Assembly (NCBI GenBank): GCA_051294905.1
Contig: CM119372.1
Span: 11,162,001 to 11,226,000, forward strand
Reading direction: 5' to 3'
Source: Botryllus schlosseri
Taxonomy: Eukaryota
DNA length: 64,000 bases
Numbering within the stretch: the first letter of the stretch is position 1; every line of letters begins with the position of its first letter. The notes beneath the pieces are model-generated. The model was not told the DNA's origin, did no database searches, and saw nothing but the letters and a program-made list of their open reading frames with translations. Shown here in pieces: positions 23,922 to 36,600 of the stretch. Made by a program: the position numbers and the translations under genes.

Positions 23922-25598
23922 ATCTAATGGAATCTTCTTTGTCCCAGCAATAACCTAGGCCTAATTTTCACGTCACGGAATATGGTGAGTCTATGCGATC
24001 GTCTCATCGAAGAAATGCCCAAGTTGGCCCTTGGAACGTTCACGCAAGATGTGCTAGAGGCATTTTTCAGTCGAGCTCAGCTGCGCGCGCCTCTTCAGAT
24101 GCACTGTCTATAAGAATTATCAAGGTGAAATACACTAAGAAAAAGTTGATCAAGTCCCTGCATTAACTCGATTTTTAGTACGCATAGTATCAATATTTAT
24201 AAAAAGTTTATTTAGACTCTCGCGGGTCGCACAGAACGGTTTTGCGGGCATTTTTTGGAAATTTAGTAAGATACTTAAACGTAATAAGGCGTTAGATTAT
24301 TGACTGGGATTGTGATTGCAGAGACAAATGGGAAGAAGACGGACAAATCCGGATATTCCACAGCTAGCGTACGACATCCATCATGTCACCCAATCAAAGG
24401 CAATGAAAAGATCGGCAAAGCCCTACGATGCATCCCCAATACCCAAGCGAAAGTCGATTGAATAATATATATAAGATAATATTAAATATAGAAAATAATA
24501 AATACTGAGGATATATGTGTCAGTTTGATATGTCACCATTGCGAAGTGGACTGCCAGCTGATATTGGACAAAAGCCAACACACCAACGTCAAGGTTTCAG
24601 CTATAGTGTTGGTTTACCTCTTTTTTACATAGGAGGAATCTTTGCATGGCTAGGCAGTATCAACATGCAAAGCAAAAAGACTATGTTGCCCAAAAACTGG
24701 ATTATTTTATGACAGCTGACTTCGAAGTGAAATAGCTACAGTTGTGACTCGTTGATGCATCCTCCACCGCAATCATATTATGTTCAGATTCGAGAATAAT
24801 TGCGCCAAGCCCTACGCACACATGATATCCTCAGTCAGTAATTCGAAATATTATTATTCCATATTAGTTATGCCTGGATTATGAAAATATATTCCCTTTA
24901 TTTAGCAATACATACTAAAACCTATCTCTGATTATTAGGGCGTTTTTTGACCACATAATGTTAAAATTGTAGCCAACTTCTTATCTTCATTTCTGATAGG
25001 TGCTATAGCTGTCCTAACGAAGTACCGGTAGTTTAGCATCGAAAAACGTTTTTGGCTCAGAAATAGGCAACTTTTTACCACTACGATTTTGACAAATTTT
25101 GACATGTCAAAACATGGCCGCTCTAATGATCATACAAACCAAAATAGTTCAAGGAAATCTCAGCCGAAGTCAATATTGAAACCAATTAATAATGGAGTGA
25201 ATATCATGACTTATTTTGCTCATGAAATATCCTCCTGATATTAATACAATGATAGCCGCGCCAGTGCCTGTGTACTGTATCACTAAATAACCTGTTGTGA
25301 TTGCCCTATATCCTATCTGCACCAAACATCAATCTGGCCAGCAACCTGCCGCTTCATGCTATGAAGCGACAACAAATATGACGGCATCTGGGCTCTCGAC
25401 CGTGAATCACGTGTTGCCCATCTATCCGTAGGTTAGTTATCTATACTATGATGCGACCTTTGCATCGCATGACTCAGAGGCGTGGGTACTCGAGTGAGTC
25501 GAGTCGCTGCTGGGATCTCGTTACACCGCGAAGAATTTCGATGCAAGTGAATTCCATCGTGCATCCTCATACCTCTGGGCTTCGTGGTTTTTTTTATA

Positions 25599-28500
25599 AT
25601 GACTGCGCCGGTTACGGTAGATTTACATCTGAATCCAGATGATTTCCAATCGGGTGCTTTGGAATTGGTACGGCTTGTAAGGCCGAATTGGACAGATGAA
25701 GTCGTATTAAAGGTAACAATCCATCTGGAGCGTCGGAAAATCATTTAACTGGTTGTATTATGTTACGCAGGTTTTTTCAAATGGTATAACCAATAAGATG
25801 CTGGGATATCATCGCAACGGCGATGAGTCGGACATGGTATTAATACGAATTAATGGAAATAAAACAGAAATCTTCCTTGATCGAGAGAACGAGGTTAGTC
25901 AACTTGCTAATCGTTGAATGCTTGTGCAGACACACGTAGTCGCAATGGAAATTAGGTGGAGCTGATCAACTCTCGATAATGGTAAGACTGATCGATTCCA
26001 TTGTAAAGTGCACAAAAGCAATGTCAAAGTCCATTTATATTAGGGTTGCCATACGTCCGGAATTTCCCGGACATGTCCTGGAGGAATTTCTAAAATATGC
26101 CGAAATGTCCGGAATTTTGAAGGCTTGAAGCAGGCTCAAAATTTTTTCGTAAATCAACATAAACAATATTATTTTCAAGCAGATTTATGCTATTCAAAAT
26201 TGTTCTTCGGGGCGCGGGCGAGTTAATGCAGCGTATAATGATATTAGTATGGGCTCCAGGCACCGACCACCCTCGCCAAAAAATGCAATCAAAATAAATA
26301 TAAATAACCATCATTTACTGAAATAAGTCTGATTGTAATTGCAATTATAAGCTAACGGTATATTCCTAGAGTTGGTTAAGGCCGATTGGATGCTTCAATC
26401 ACAGACAGTGGCTCCAAATCTTGGGGTTGTCCGCCTTTAGCTGGAGATTGCGATGATGTTGGACGTAATCAGCTTCCTAGGCCGTGAGTAAGTTTGGACA
26501 AGATGAATTTTTTTAGTAATCAGCAAGTTTTAAGCTTTGCCACGGAACATTTTCAACTGGGAAATGAGGTCGCGAGCATAAAAGGCTGGAAATCACCGGA
26601 TGTGCAACCTGCTGGTGCATTTTATAGTCGTCTAATATATCGAAGAATCAATATTATTGACAGAATTCATACATAAAATTTAACAGCCAAATGCATATAG
26701 TAAGTGCCCAACAAGTTACATCGACTACCCTATGGTGGGCCCAAGATCAGTGCTTTTTGGGCGGAAGGGGGGGGGGAGAGAAAATGTTGTTTCGGACCTG
26801 ATTAAAACACATAAACAGATAGCCGCACCGACGTAGCTGTATAGCAGGCCAGCAGGGCTGTCAAACACAAACCTGACAGGCTAAACACGGCCCGCCAGAG
26901 GATTTCATCCGGCCTGTGGAGGGATCTATTGCAAACCCTAGCAAGTAGCAATCGCCAGAGCTCACATTACAGATGGCCCAATTCATGACCTATGCTCCAC
27001 TTCATTCCTGTATACAGTGTATACAGTCGATGAGCAATGCTTTGTTTGTGTGACGTCATATTGACGGTCACCTCATTTTAAAATCCGCTAGTGGGCGCTA
27101 AAAGTGTCCGGAATTTGCTTCACAAAAATATGGCAACCCTAATTTATATCATCTTTTACTTTCGATTCAGTATGCATGCCTCCTCTTTATATTGTCTTGG
27201 CCAAGGTGGACATGTCTGATTTCAAAGACTACTTCAAGTCGTATCGCAATTTTGTGGTGTATCGAATTGATAAAACTTGCTAATATACCGAACTACACTG
27301 ACTACTGGTTTGCTAATTTCAGATTAAAAGTTTTATGAAATTGCATGCAGCTGGTTGTGCTCCCGAGTTATATTGCATTTTCAACAATGGACTTTGCTAT
27401 GAATATATTCCAGGAACTACCATCACAAGAGATGAAGTGAGAAGACCAGAAATGTTCAGGTATAAATTTCTAAATTATGCTTATCAGCTGTTATTATATT
27501 CTTTTGCATATATTTGCAGTTTAATCACTAAGCAAATGGTTAAATTGCACAAGATTGAGCACACTGACACCGTTGAAAAACAACCCAACTGTTTCACTTT
27601 GTGCAAGCAGTTTTTAGATCTTAGCTTTTCATCTCGTGCACCACCAGGCCGCAGGTACTTCTGTTACAAACCATTTCGAAACATGTTGGTACAACCTCAC
27701 ACTTGATTCTCAAATAGATTGAATGAGTTTGGCTCAGTTGAAGAAATTAAGCTTAGGGCAGAGCTAACTACCCTGGAGCAACATCTTCCTTTGCTATCAT
27801 CTCCATTGGTGTACTGTCACAATGATCTGCTACTTAACAACATCATATACAATAAAAGGAAAGGTACCGTAGGCTTGACAATATTTTGAGTGTGAATATG
27901 TTTTGAACTGATCAGTCAATTTGTATGTGCTCAGAGACAATTCATTTCATTGACTATGAGTATACTGGAGTTAACTACCAAGCTTTTGACATTGGGAACC
28001 ATTTCTGTGAATTTGCTGGTAAGTTGTTTGTGTAAGTTATTTGTGTACATCAGGGGTGGGCAACCTTTTTCATATTCACGGCCGCATTTCGATTACTTAT
28101 GTAGTCTACGGCCGCACTCCTGTGCATAAGCCGTAATCAACTAACTGGGCGTCAAATACCAATGTTGTACCGTCCATGTCCATTTCAGTTGAATTCCAGA
28201 CTTATCTAATTTCTCATATCGGCTTACTATACACACCGGAATCGCGAGTGGCCATGTTTTGAACAATCACCGTGAAAGTGATGGTCGCGCCAAGCGTGAA
28301 AATTTTTTCAGATTCACAATTAAATTTCGTCATCATTATTAGTATACTCACATATTGCAATCAATTATTTATCCTTTATCAGCCCATGTGATCAGATCCA
28401 CTGGTGGAGTTGATAGAGGTGGTGTCTTCCGAAATTTAGGGCAGTTGGTATTGGTCACTTTGTTGCATGCTATTATTTCCTGACCTTCCATCAGTATTGT

Positions 28501-30021
28501 CGGTAGGCTTTAAAGCGGAAATATATTGGAATCGCCTGAACCAGAGGTTCCCAACCTTTTCGGGTGTCGGGACCACATTTCAAACTTCAGTGTACAAATG
28601 GAGCCGCATGAAAACACTGAAGTATAGGCTACTTATAACGAAAATTTAAAGGTAGCTAGCCTACCTCTGCTCTCACCATTGAGTTGATTCAAAAGCATGC
28701 ACATGCACAATTGCACATATTCTTCTATAGATTCTATATCAGCTAATTTAGCATTGATACAAGCAAATTAACAAGTACTATAATGTCTTGATGTGATACT
28801 GATAGCTATTCATACATTCCTGCACTTTATGCACAAGTTTGCGGGGAATTAAACACTGAGCAATGTTGGATTTATTGCAATGTATACTTGTCTATAGATG
28901 AGCCTTTACTTTGATGTTAGTAAAATTGTGTCGAAATTTACTCCTTACAGAGACGTGATATAAAGGTCTATGACCAGCAGAACGCAAGATACATTGTTGT
29001 CTGACGGGTATTCATCCATGCGTTTGACGCCAGTCTGCAAGAATTCTCTTTCCCAACTTTCGGAAGCGGCCTAATACGGCTTTAGACATAACTAATGTCC
29101 CGCATTTTAGCATTCATATGCAGAAATTGCCTATAACTATTCATAGAAACAAGCAACAACTGTCCTCTATTATATTATTGTGGCATATTTAGAGGTCAAT
29201 CAGAGCCGCAAGAAGGCTTTCTTGGAGCCGCATGTGACTCTGAGAATCACTGGCCTAAACGTATCAGGAACAAATTTTTTTCGTGAGAAGCACACTATAC
29301 CAAGTTGGTATTTCTATATGGGGCGCATCATTTTTATCTGCTGTTCGCGTCTGTACTGTTAGACTCAGATTGCAAAGGGCACTACTATGAAGTGAAGCAT
29401 TGAATCGCGCTCAGCGCAAGGAAAATTTCAAGATTACTTGAAATTCAATTAATCAAAATTTCAATTTGCCCGTTGACGGCCGCCAACACATACTAATTAA
29501 ATTACGTGTGACGGCAGCACAAATTTCCTTCTACGGCTGCAGGTTGCCCACCCCCCGGTGTACATGAATTTCGTTTTGTGATAAAATTACCTGGAGGCTG
29601 TTTCTTCAAGGTGTTGATGAATTGGACTACTCCTTCTACCCTGGCCGAGATTTGCAGTTTGCATGGCTGACAGAGTATTTGCAACATTGGACAACAGATG
29701 GGCCTGTGACCAGTGATGATGTTGAAAAACTGTACATCCAAGTCAACAAATGTGCTTTGGTAAATTTTCTCGTACTAGTTGCAAACAATTACGGTCGAGA
29801 AATATGTTATTTATTATCAGATGTCACATCTGCTGTGGGCAACCTGGGCACTTGTTCAAGCCAAGTATTCAAATATTGATTTTGACTACGTCAAGTAAGG
29901 CTTATAATAATGCATTATTGCACCATGATACAATTTACCAGCTTCACTCAATTTGAATAGATATGCCAAAGACCGAATTGCTGAGTACTACAGCAGAAGA
30001 GACGAGTTTCTTTCACTTTAA
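25599..30021 (+). CDS. ETNK1: Ethanolamine kinase (ETNK1/ETNK2 homologue), 9 exons, 340 aa
   Basis: Exons 25599-25712, 25771-25893, 27323-27459, 27520-27654, 27718-27863, 27935-28018, 29611-29759, 29821-29894, 29961-30021, all GT-AG and in frame. Motifs GITNK, CHNDLLLNN, FIDYEY, FDIGNHFCEFAG. AATAAA at 30073. Confidence 0.95.
26041..27141. mobile_element. hAT MITE (family A2) in ETNK intron 2
   Basis: TIR TAGGGTTGCCATA; perfect TSD ATTTATAT. Confidence 0.92.
28051..29557. mobile_element. hAT MITE in ETNK intron 6, with a nested MITE at 28542-29252
   Basis: TIR core GGGGTGGGCAACCT; perfect TSD GTGTACAT; inner element TSD GCCTGAAC/GCCTAAAC. Confidence 0.85.
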
Positions 30022-30634
30022 AGTAACTGTTTTCTGAATTTTACCATACTGATTCCTGAACGATTTTACCATAATAAATCATATATGAATATGCAACGCT
30101 GCGTGTGCCATTTTTTCAACTACTTTATGATATGCACAGGGCACAGGGATCACCTCTCCCCATTTCTCACTGCTGCTTTTGTCATATTGATTAACAATAA
30201 CTACGATACACCCTTTTCACTGCCCTCCAATATTACAGTTGAAATAAGGCCTTCCTTCAAGAACTCAAACCTACAGCACAGACTCGGGTGTGGTACATGC
30301 CTTTTACTACCATCTAGCCTCAATTCAAGCTATCACCAAACCTATGTCAGTCGGAAATTAATCGAGTCATTAAATGAAATACTTCATTTGATGAACTCAT
30401 ATCCCACATACAATAGTAATCAAGCTAATGTTATTGGTGTTGCAAATTTGAAGCAATGCTTCAATTAAAGCACAGTAGTACTCAAGCTCAATCCACATTA
30501 TTGGTGTTGCAACCAATCGGCAGCGAGACTGACTGTCTTTAAGCTAATTGACATTCGAACCCACTTTCAAGATATTTCTGTACTTGAATGAGTTGTATGC
30601 GTGGGGCATACAGGTGCCTGTGTTTGTATTGCAC

Positions 30635-33600
30635 TCAAATCCTGGTTGCAGCTCGTAGTTTTGCAGATCTTGATCTAGCGTTGGCATTGATTTCCTCAAA
30701 CTGTGGAATGATGACTTTCTTTTTCAATGCAATCCACTTTTTATGAGTTTCACTCTGGGGAAGCAAGATGACATGTTAATTAGGAATTGGCAGAAGCACA
30801 GACTTCTACCTGTATAGTTGTTGAGCTGTTGTGAAAGAGTAAATCTTTGACTATTCTGTCCTCCAACGAATGAAAAGTGATTGTAACAATTCTACCACCT
30901 AAAAATGAAGAGTTAAAACATCGTTATTTTGGAGTAGCACACATCCGAGTGTAATCATACAGAGCTTTTGTGATGCCATTAATTCAGGCTTAGCACAAAC
31001 GGCAAGCCCCAGTATTTGAAGCAGCGTTTCTCAGACTACTGACAATCAGGAACTTCAAATTTATTTTTACTGCACTGCCAACACTTAGGTACCGGAAGAC
31101 TTGTGTTACTCCAATGTACCGGCATTTATTAGTTATTGGCATTGAAACCTAGAAGGAAGGATGCAACATTTTCTCTACACAAGTTTGTCTAGCCGCGGGG
31201 CATGATATTACTTTTTTGCAAAGTGATTTGACGCGGCGGATTGACCAGTGACTTGAAGCAAAATTTACGAGTCAATTTCAAGATGGGCTACCCACAGACA
31301 TAACCCAAATGAGTAGCCTATGTAGTTACTCCCGCCATTTACCCGCATTGATGTATTTTGACTGATAATTACAGCCATCACTGGCGTAGTTTAGCAGTTC
31401 TGCGTGTGTGGTACAATTCCTTTTTGCGTGCATACTGCATATTCAACTCTACATTCGACTCAATTCAGGATAATTCGGGACTCACTCTGTATTTCAAACA
31501 GCTAGCAAAATGCAGTGTTGGGATCAAGTCACTACCTTCGAGTCACGAGTCATTGCACATTTTGACTCGAGTCAAGTCAAGTCACTCGTTTTTGGATGTG
31601 ACTTGAGTAGGCTTACCATATTCTGGAAATCTAAAAGGGGGACACTTTTTCCGAAATCTGAGGCTTGCAAAACCGGAGAAAAATTCTCAAAAACCGGTGA
31701 ATTTATCCCACTTTGTGATCGGTTGACTAAAAAAAAAAAAAAAAAAAGGTCATCTTTTCGCTCAGAGCTGAAATCACCGTTTTTCACTCCGAAATACCCG
31801 CCGGATCGTCACTTCTGTGCTAATTTACGGCTTATAACTCTCAATTTGCTCTAAATCTGACCTAAATTTCTTACGCCCTTAAAAAGCGGGACGCTTTGCT
31901 GACTGGGCGGGACGCCGGGACAAGACGTTAAAAAGCGGGACTGTCCCGCCTAAAGCGGGACGTATGGTAAGCCTAGAGTTGAGTCAAGTCGAGCCACGAG
32001 TCTAGTCACAATTCAAGTCAAATTGAATTTTTGAAGTATCAGTGACTATTCAAAGTCATTACATTTTGCTAGCTGTGTGAAAGACAGAATAATTTTCCAT
32101 TTATCTTGCATCAAATAACGAATATGCCTGCAAATATGCTTGAAGTTTAATATGCATGCAAGAAGGCGTATATCACGCACACGTAGAACTGCAAATAAAA
32201 TACGCGACTAACTGTATAGCTATGCTATAGTCTGTTATTATATCAGCCAATAGGATCGAATACGAAGCCTCGAAAAGTTTTAACAAATTGATATGGATTT
32301 GAATAAACAAGAGGGTTAGTAAAGTTGATCAAAGCACAATACTAGCATTGATCCGTCTAAGAAACATAGATACATCAATTGATATTGTATTCTTCTACTA
32401 CTACTACTACGACAACGTAACCTGTGATCATTTTGTTTGTGGTCAATATATTTGTGATGCAATTATGGAGGATCATTCAAACGTACATTCAGTGAATGTC
32501 TGGTTACACTCACAAGTGACACAGACGTATCGCGAACAATACGATCATACACATAATACAGTGATTTGATTGCGACCGTTTACTTGATTACTTGAAAGTG
32601 ACTCGTAAATTTTGCTCCGAGTCAATCCGCATTTCTGAAGCGCCAAGTCAAGTCATACGAAAAAGTTGACTCGAGTCAAGTCACGACTCGAGTCATCCCA
32701 ACACTGGCAAAATGATGCAATGAATATGGATTATGCCTCGTACTTTGAAAATTTGAGTTGACTTACTCCAAAAATCGAGTGACTTGATCTCAACACTACT
32801 CACTAACTGCTTGGTTTCCTTCGTTGTAGTTTGAATCTAACTGTGACGCAGTGATACCAATGGGAGATTGTTGCACAACTGAAGTAATTGTTACATCATG
32901 TATTTACAGTGGTTTTTGCTACTGCAAAGGACAACAGTCTAAATACAGACCAGAATTCCAGAAAACAAATCATAAGTAATTTTCAACTTTAGTTGCTTAA
33001 CTAGATGCCATTCCAAGCTTACCTTGTAACGGGTCAATTCATATACATCATCATTTTCCCGCACATTAGTGTTGGTTAGAGACGAATATTCTTCGTCTCC
33101 AACAGTCATACCTGTGGTCATGTATTTCTCGATAGTCTTGAATCCTTGGTATAATTCATTCAATTCATCATTCACGAATATCCGAAGCGCCATGAAGCAT
33201 TTAGTAGCAGAATGGGTCCTGTGAGTGATGTACATAAGTCACAAATGGGTAACCAGGGGGAGGGTACTCGAATACAGTGTTCCCTTTCCAAAATGAGAAT
33301 ATTTCGAGACGTTACACTACTTGAATTGTCTGGTTTTTCATTGCTTACGTCCATTAGTAATGCGTTTTGGACGTCCGTGGCCGTATCTTAATGTCCTTTT
33401 GCTGAATGTTTTAAAGGTAACGCAGCGTTTTGACGAATCTCAACAAAATCACAAAAGGAATGTAGATAAGTCTTACATTCGCCTCTAGGGCCGGGCACAA
33501 TGATTCAAGTACTTGAATCTGAATGGGGTATTAGTTTTGATGATTTGAGTCGAGTAGTAAAATATGAGTTTTTCGAGTATTGAAATTATACGCTCCTCAC

Positions 33601-36600
33601 CATTGAAAGTTAATTTATCAACTAGAATTTTAGTTTCGATACCATTTTCCACTGTGGAAGCCTGGAAACGTCTATTTGTTGCATCGCAGCATACAAAACA
33701 TACCGTATAGTAAAAAGCTATGAACGTTACATTTCCGAAGTCATGATCAGCCCACAGCCTTGTCACAAAGTGCAATGAAATCGGTATCGTCGAAAAAATA
33801 CCAAAGTCGTATGGTCGAAAAAATACCAAATATCATATGATCGACAAAAAAGATCATCGCTCTATCAAATATGCCAGACCTGACGCGTGGAACAGTATCC
33901 CGCCTGCAATCCGACAGTCGACAAACATGTACTAGTCCCGTAGTCCGCCCTCAAGATTACAATACCACGACCTGACCTAACAATCTCGCCTTCCGTGATA
34001 TGCCACCCCATTTTTGTCTCTTGCTTTTCCAATACTATCTTCTTTTACTTTTCATTCAGTGTGCATGCCTCCTCTTTACGTCGCCTAGGCCAGTGGTCGG
34101 GAACCTATAGCTCTTTTGGATATAAGATATTGCTCTTTGCCAAATATTTATTTTTGTACTGAATTGATCAACATTGCAGCAACTTCTTAGTAAATTTTCA
34201 TCACGGTCAGAATAATTATTCTCGTGGAAGGATAAACATGTCTTTGAGAGGTAAAGACAATGCCATCTTCAGGTAAGGGGTTCGGACTCCCTCTTTTCAA
34301 GATCCTCAACTTTAAGTTACTGTTGCGCCGGCGACCACTATCACTCGCGAATTCCATGTATACCCAACTCGAAATCTTGGATTGTGCGATACCTAGCATA
34401 GCAGACATGGCGACACCCATATCACAACGCAGTTTTCAGATACACGTTGTCTTCCTTATCTACGGCGCTAAATGAATTGACGTGGACGTGACATTCACAA
34501 TTACAAACAACGCCATAGCTATCCTCGTTCTTGATTGGTAAGTAGCTCTGTAGTATCGGCGATAAAATGTATGCGTGAAGCGCAACGTTGTGTTACTGCC
34601 GAATACTTTGAGAATTACACGATTAGTATTTAGAATTTCGAAATCAGTGTGACAGTTACATTATATTAATATCAGTTATATTAAATTCGAAGCTATTTAC
34701 GATGAATTGCGTTATCGATGGTGAGGCTTGGCCCGACTGTGCCTTACCTCTCATTTCCAGCTTTATTTTTGAAAAACAAATACCAGTTTTACAGAGAAAA
34801 TGTGGCGCACACGACGAATCCATTGTAGTGAGTTCGAATTGAGGCTATTATGAAATCACAAATTTTCAATCGTGACGTGACAGTTGATTGACATATAAAT
34901 TATGGCTCTTTGGGAGTTGAAATGAAAAAAAAACAGGGCCAATATGGCTCTCCAGAAAAAAAGGGTTCCCGACCCCTGGCCTAGGACAAGGTGGGTGTCT
35001 GATTCCAAAGACTACTTCAAGTCGTTTCGACACCATCCTATTTTTTCGTAGTAACGCAATTTTTGTGGTGTATTCAACTGATAAAAATTGCTAATAAACC
35101 GAACTGAATTATCTTCAATGTGACGGATAACAGGCATTATATTCTTTGTGGTGGCATAAAAAGTACATAGTTGAACAATGACATATTACTTTCCGTTATA
35201 ACGTCATAATGAGTGATACTCGTATAGTCGACTCCAAGCATAATACGTGATTCAGAATCGAATCACCCAAGTACTCGATTTTGCCCAGCCCTACTCGCCA
35301 CAAGCAGACAAACATATTTGCGAACGACCTTAAAATATAATCTACGACAAATTTGATCCGATATGGAATATGGATTCCTCAGTCGCTGACAGTAAGCAAT
35401 GTCAAACATCAGGGGTTACTCATCACTTTAAGTTGCTGATCCCTGGTTTAGAACCCTTGCAATAACAATCATTAGATAGATAACTCGCCTCCTCCCGCAC
35501 GCATCCGTTCGTTTAGATCTTTTATCAAACGATGTTTCAATCACATCCGCCAGCTGTTTGGTCGTGAGAATTGGACCGCATGTTCTTCGATAATGTGTGA
35601 TAGTTCTGGCAATCTTCCTCGCATGTTTCTCTTCGCCGTACTTTTCTGTAGTTGCCAAGTGGAAGGAATTACAATCAAAATATTCAATGTTATAGGCGCT
35701 ATGTAACATCACAGCAACAATTGAAAGTTTTAAAAGTGGACAAGTTAATTGTTATGCAATCGTTTTTCAATGTGTCTCATGCTCAAATGTTGGGAAACCC
35801 TGGTAAGTTGGTTTTGTAAGACATACAGCCAAGTAATTGCTGGTAAAATTGAAAAGGAAATGCCTATATGATGAAGTCATGGTGGGGGTCTTACTTATTA
35901 CTTGTTGGCTTCATTACATTTTATAGAAGGTAGAAAGTTTTAGAGATTTATTGCTCTTTCCCGGTTAGGTCGGTGATGTGAGCGAGTGCGTATCAGTGCC
36001 GTGAGCAAAATTGATACACCAACTTAATCCGGCTCCATCACATGTTAGCTAACATGAAACATAAAGCCAGCCATACCATAGCATTCGCTTACCAAATATT
36101 ACTGATAAATCTTGGCAACTTGAATGGTTTACGATGTCCGCTGCAGTGATGGTCCTGCTACACCTAAACTTCTAAAATAATAGTTGCTCAACTTTTCCCG
36201 AAACTTGGCTGTGTACAGAAACACACCTAGTTCCATCCATTCGCATATCTAATGGTCCATCTGTTGCCAGTCCAAATCCACGACTGGGTGAATCCATCTG
36301 CATTGACGAGCAGCCGCAGTCAATGAGAGCGCCATTTATTGCACGAATGCCGTTCTCTTTCAGCAAAGCATCGAGGTCACTGAACCGACCAAGAAGAGGT
36401 AAAACTCTGCCCCTGCATATTTGAAAATGCATGAAAGTAACATTCATTGACAAATGTGGCAAATCAATTCTCAAGTACCTTCTGTTTACAAAAATGTAGA
36501 CGGCGATAAGTTTGCTAGATATAGTAGTGGTATAAGCGAAAGTATAGGCTGTCTTAAAAACCTCTTCCACAGTAGGGCTCTTCAAAAATGACTTTTTTTC

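Larger units (their letters stand above)
18300..23956 (-). pseudogene. Fragmented, intron-containing P-element/THAP9-type transposase lacking its 5' part
   Basis: In the expected order on the - strand: NPYAPERPIFLCSDPQHLLK (~22660-22730), YRNSF (~22430), RWFNIV...SLDDERITLLSEF...WK (20934-21039, AG/GT bounded), TMEGLIFTSRNMV (~20790-20830), LGTFTQDVLEAFFSR (~18997-19040). Left boundary approximate. Confidence 0.8.
17633..25445. mobile_element. P-superfamily (Galileo-like) foldback element with ~1.5-kb inverted arms
   Basis: 17633-20818 (excluding a 1.7-kb MITE insertion) is the reverse complement of 23957-25445; both ends start TATAGATAACTAACCTAC; P transposase remnants inside; no TSD. Confidence 0.8.

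Noticed and set aside
20780..23995. Apparent inner P element with CATAGAC... TIRs
   Set aside because: That sequence is transposase coding (GLIFTSRNMVSLC) and is just the inner end of the long arms.
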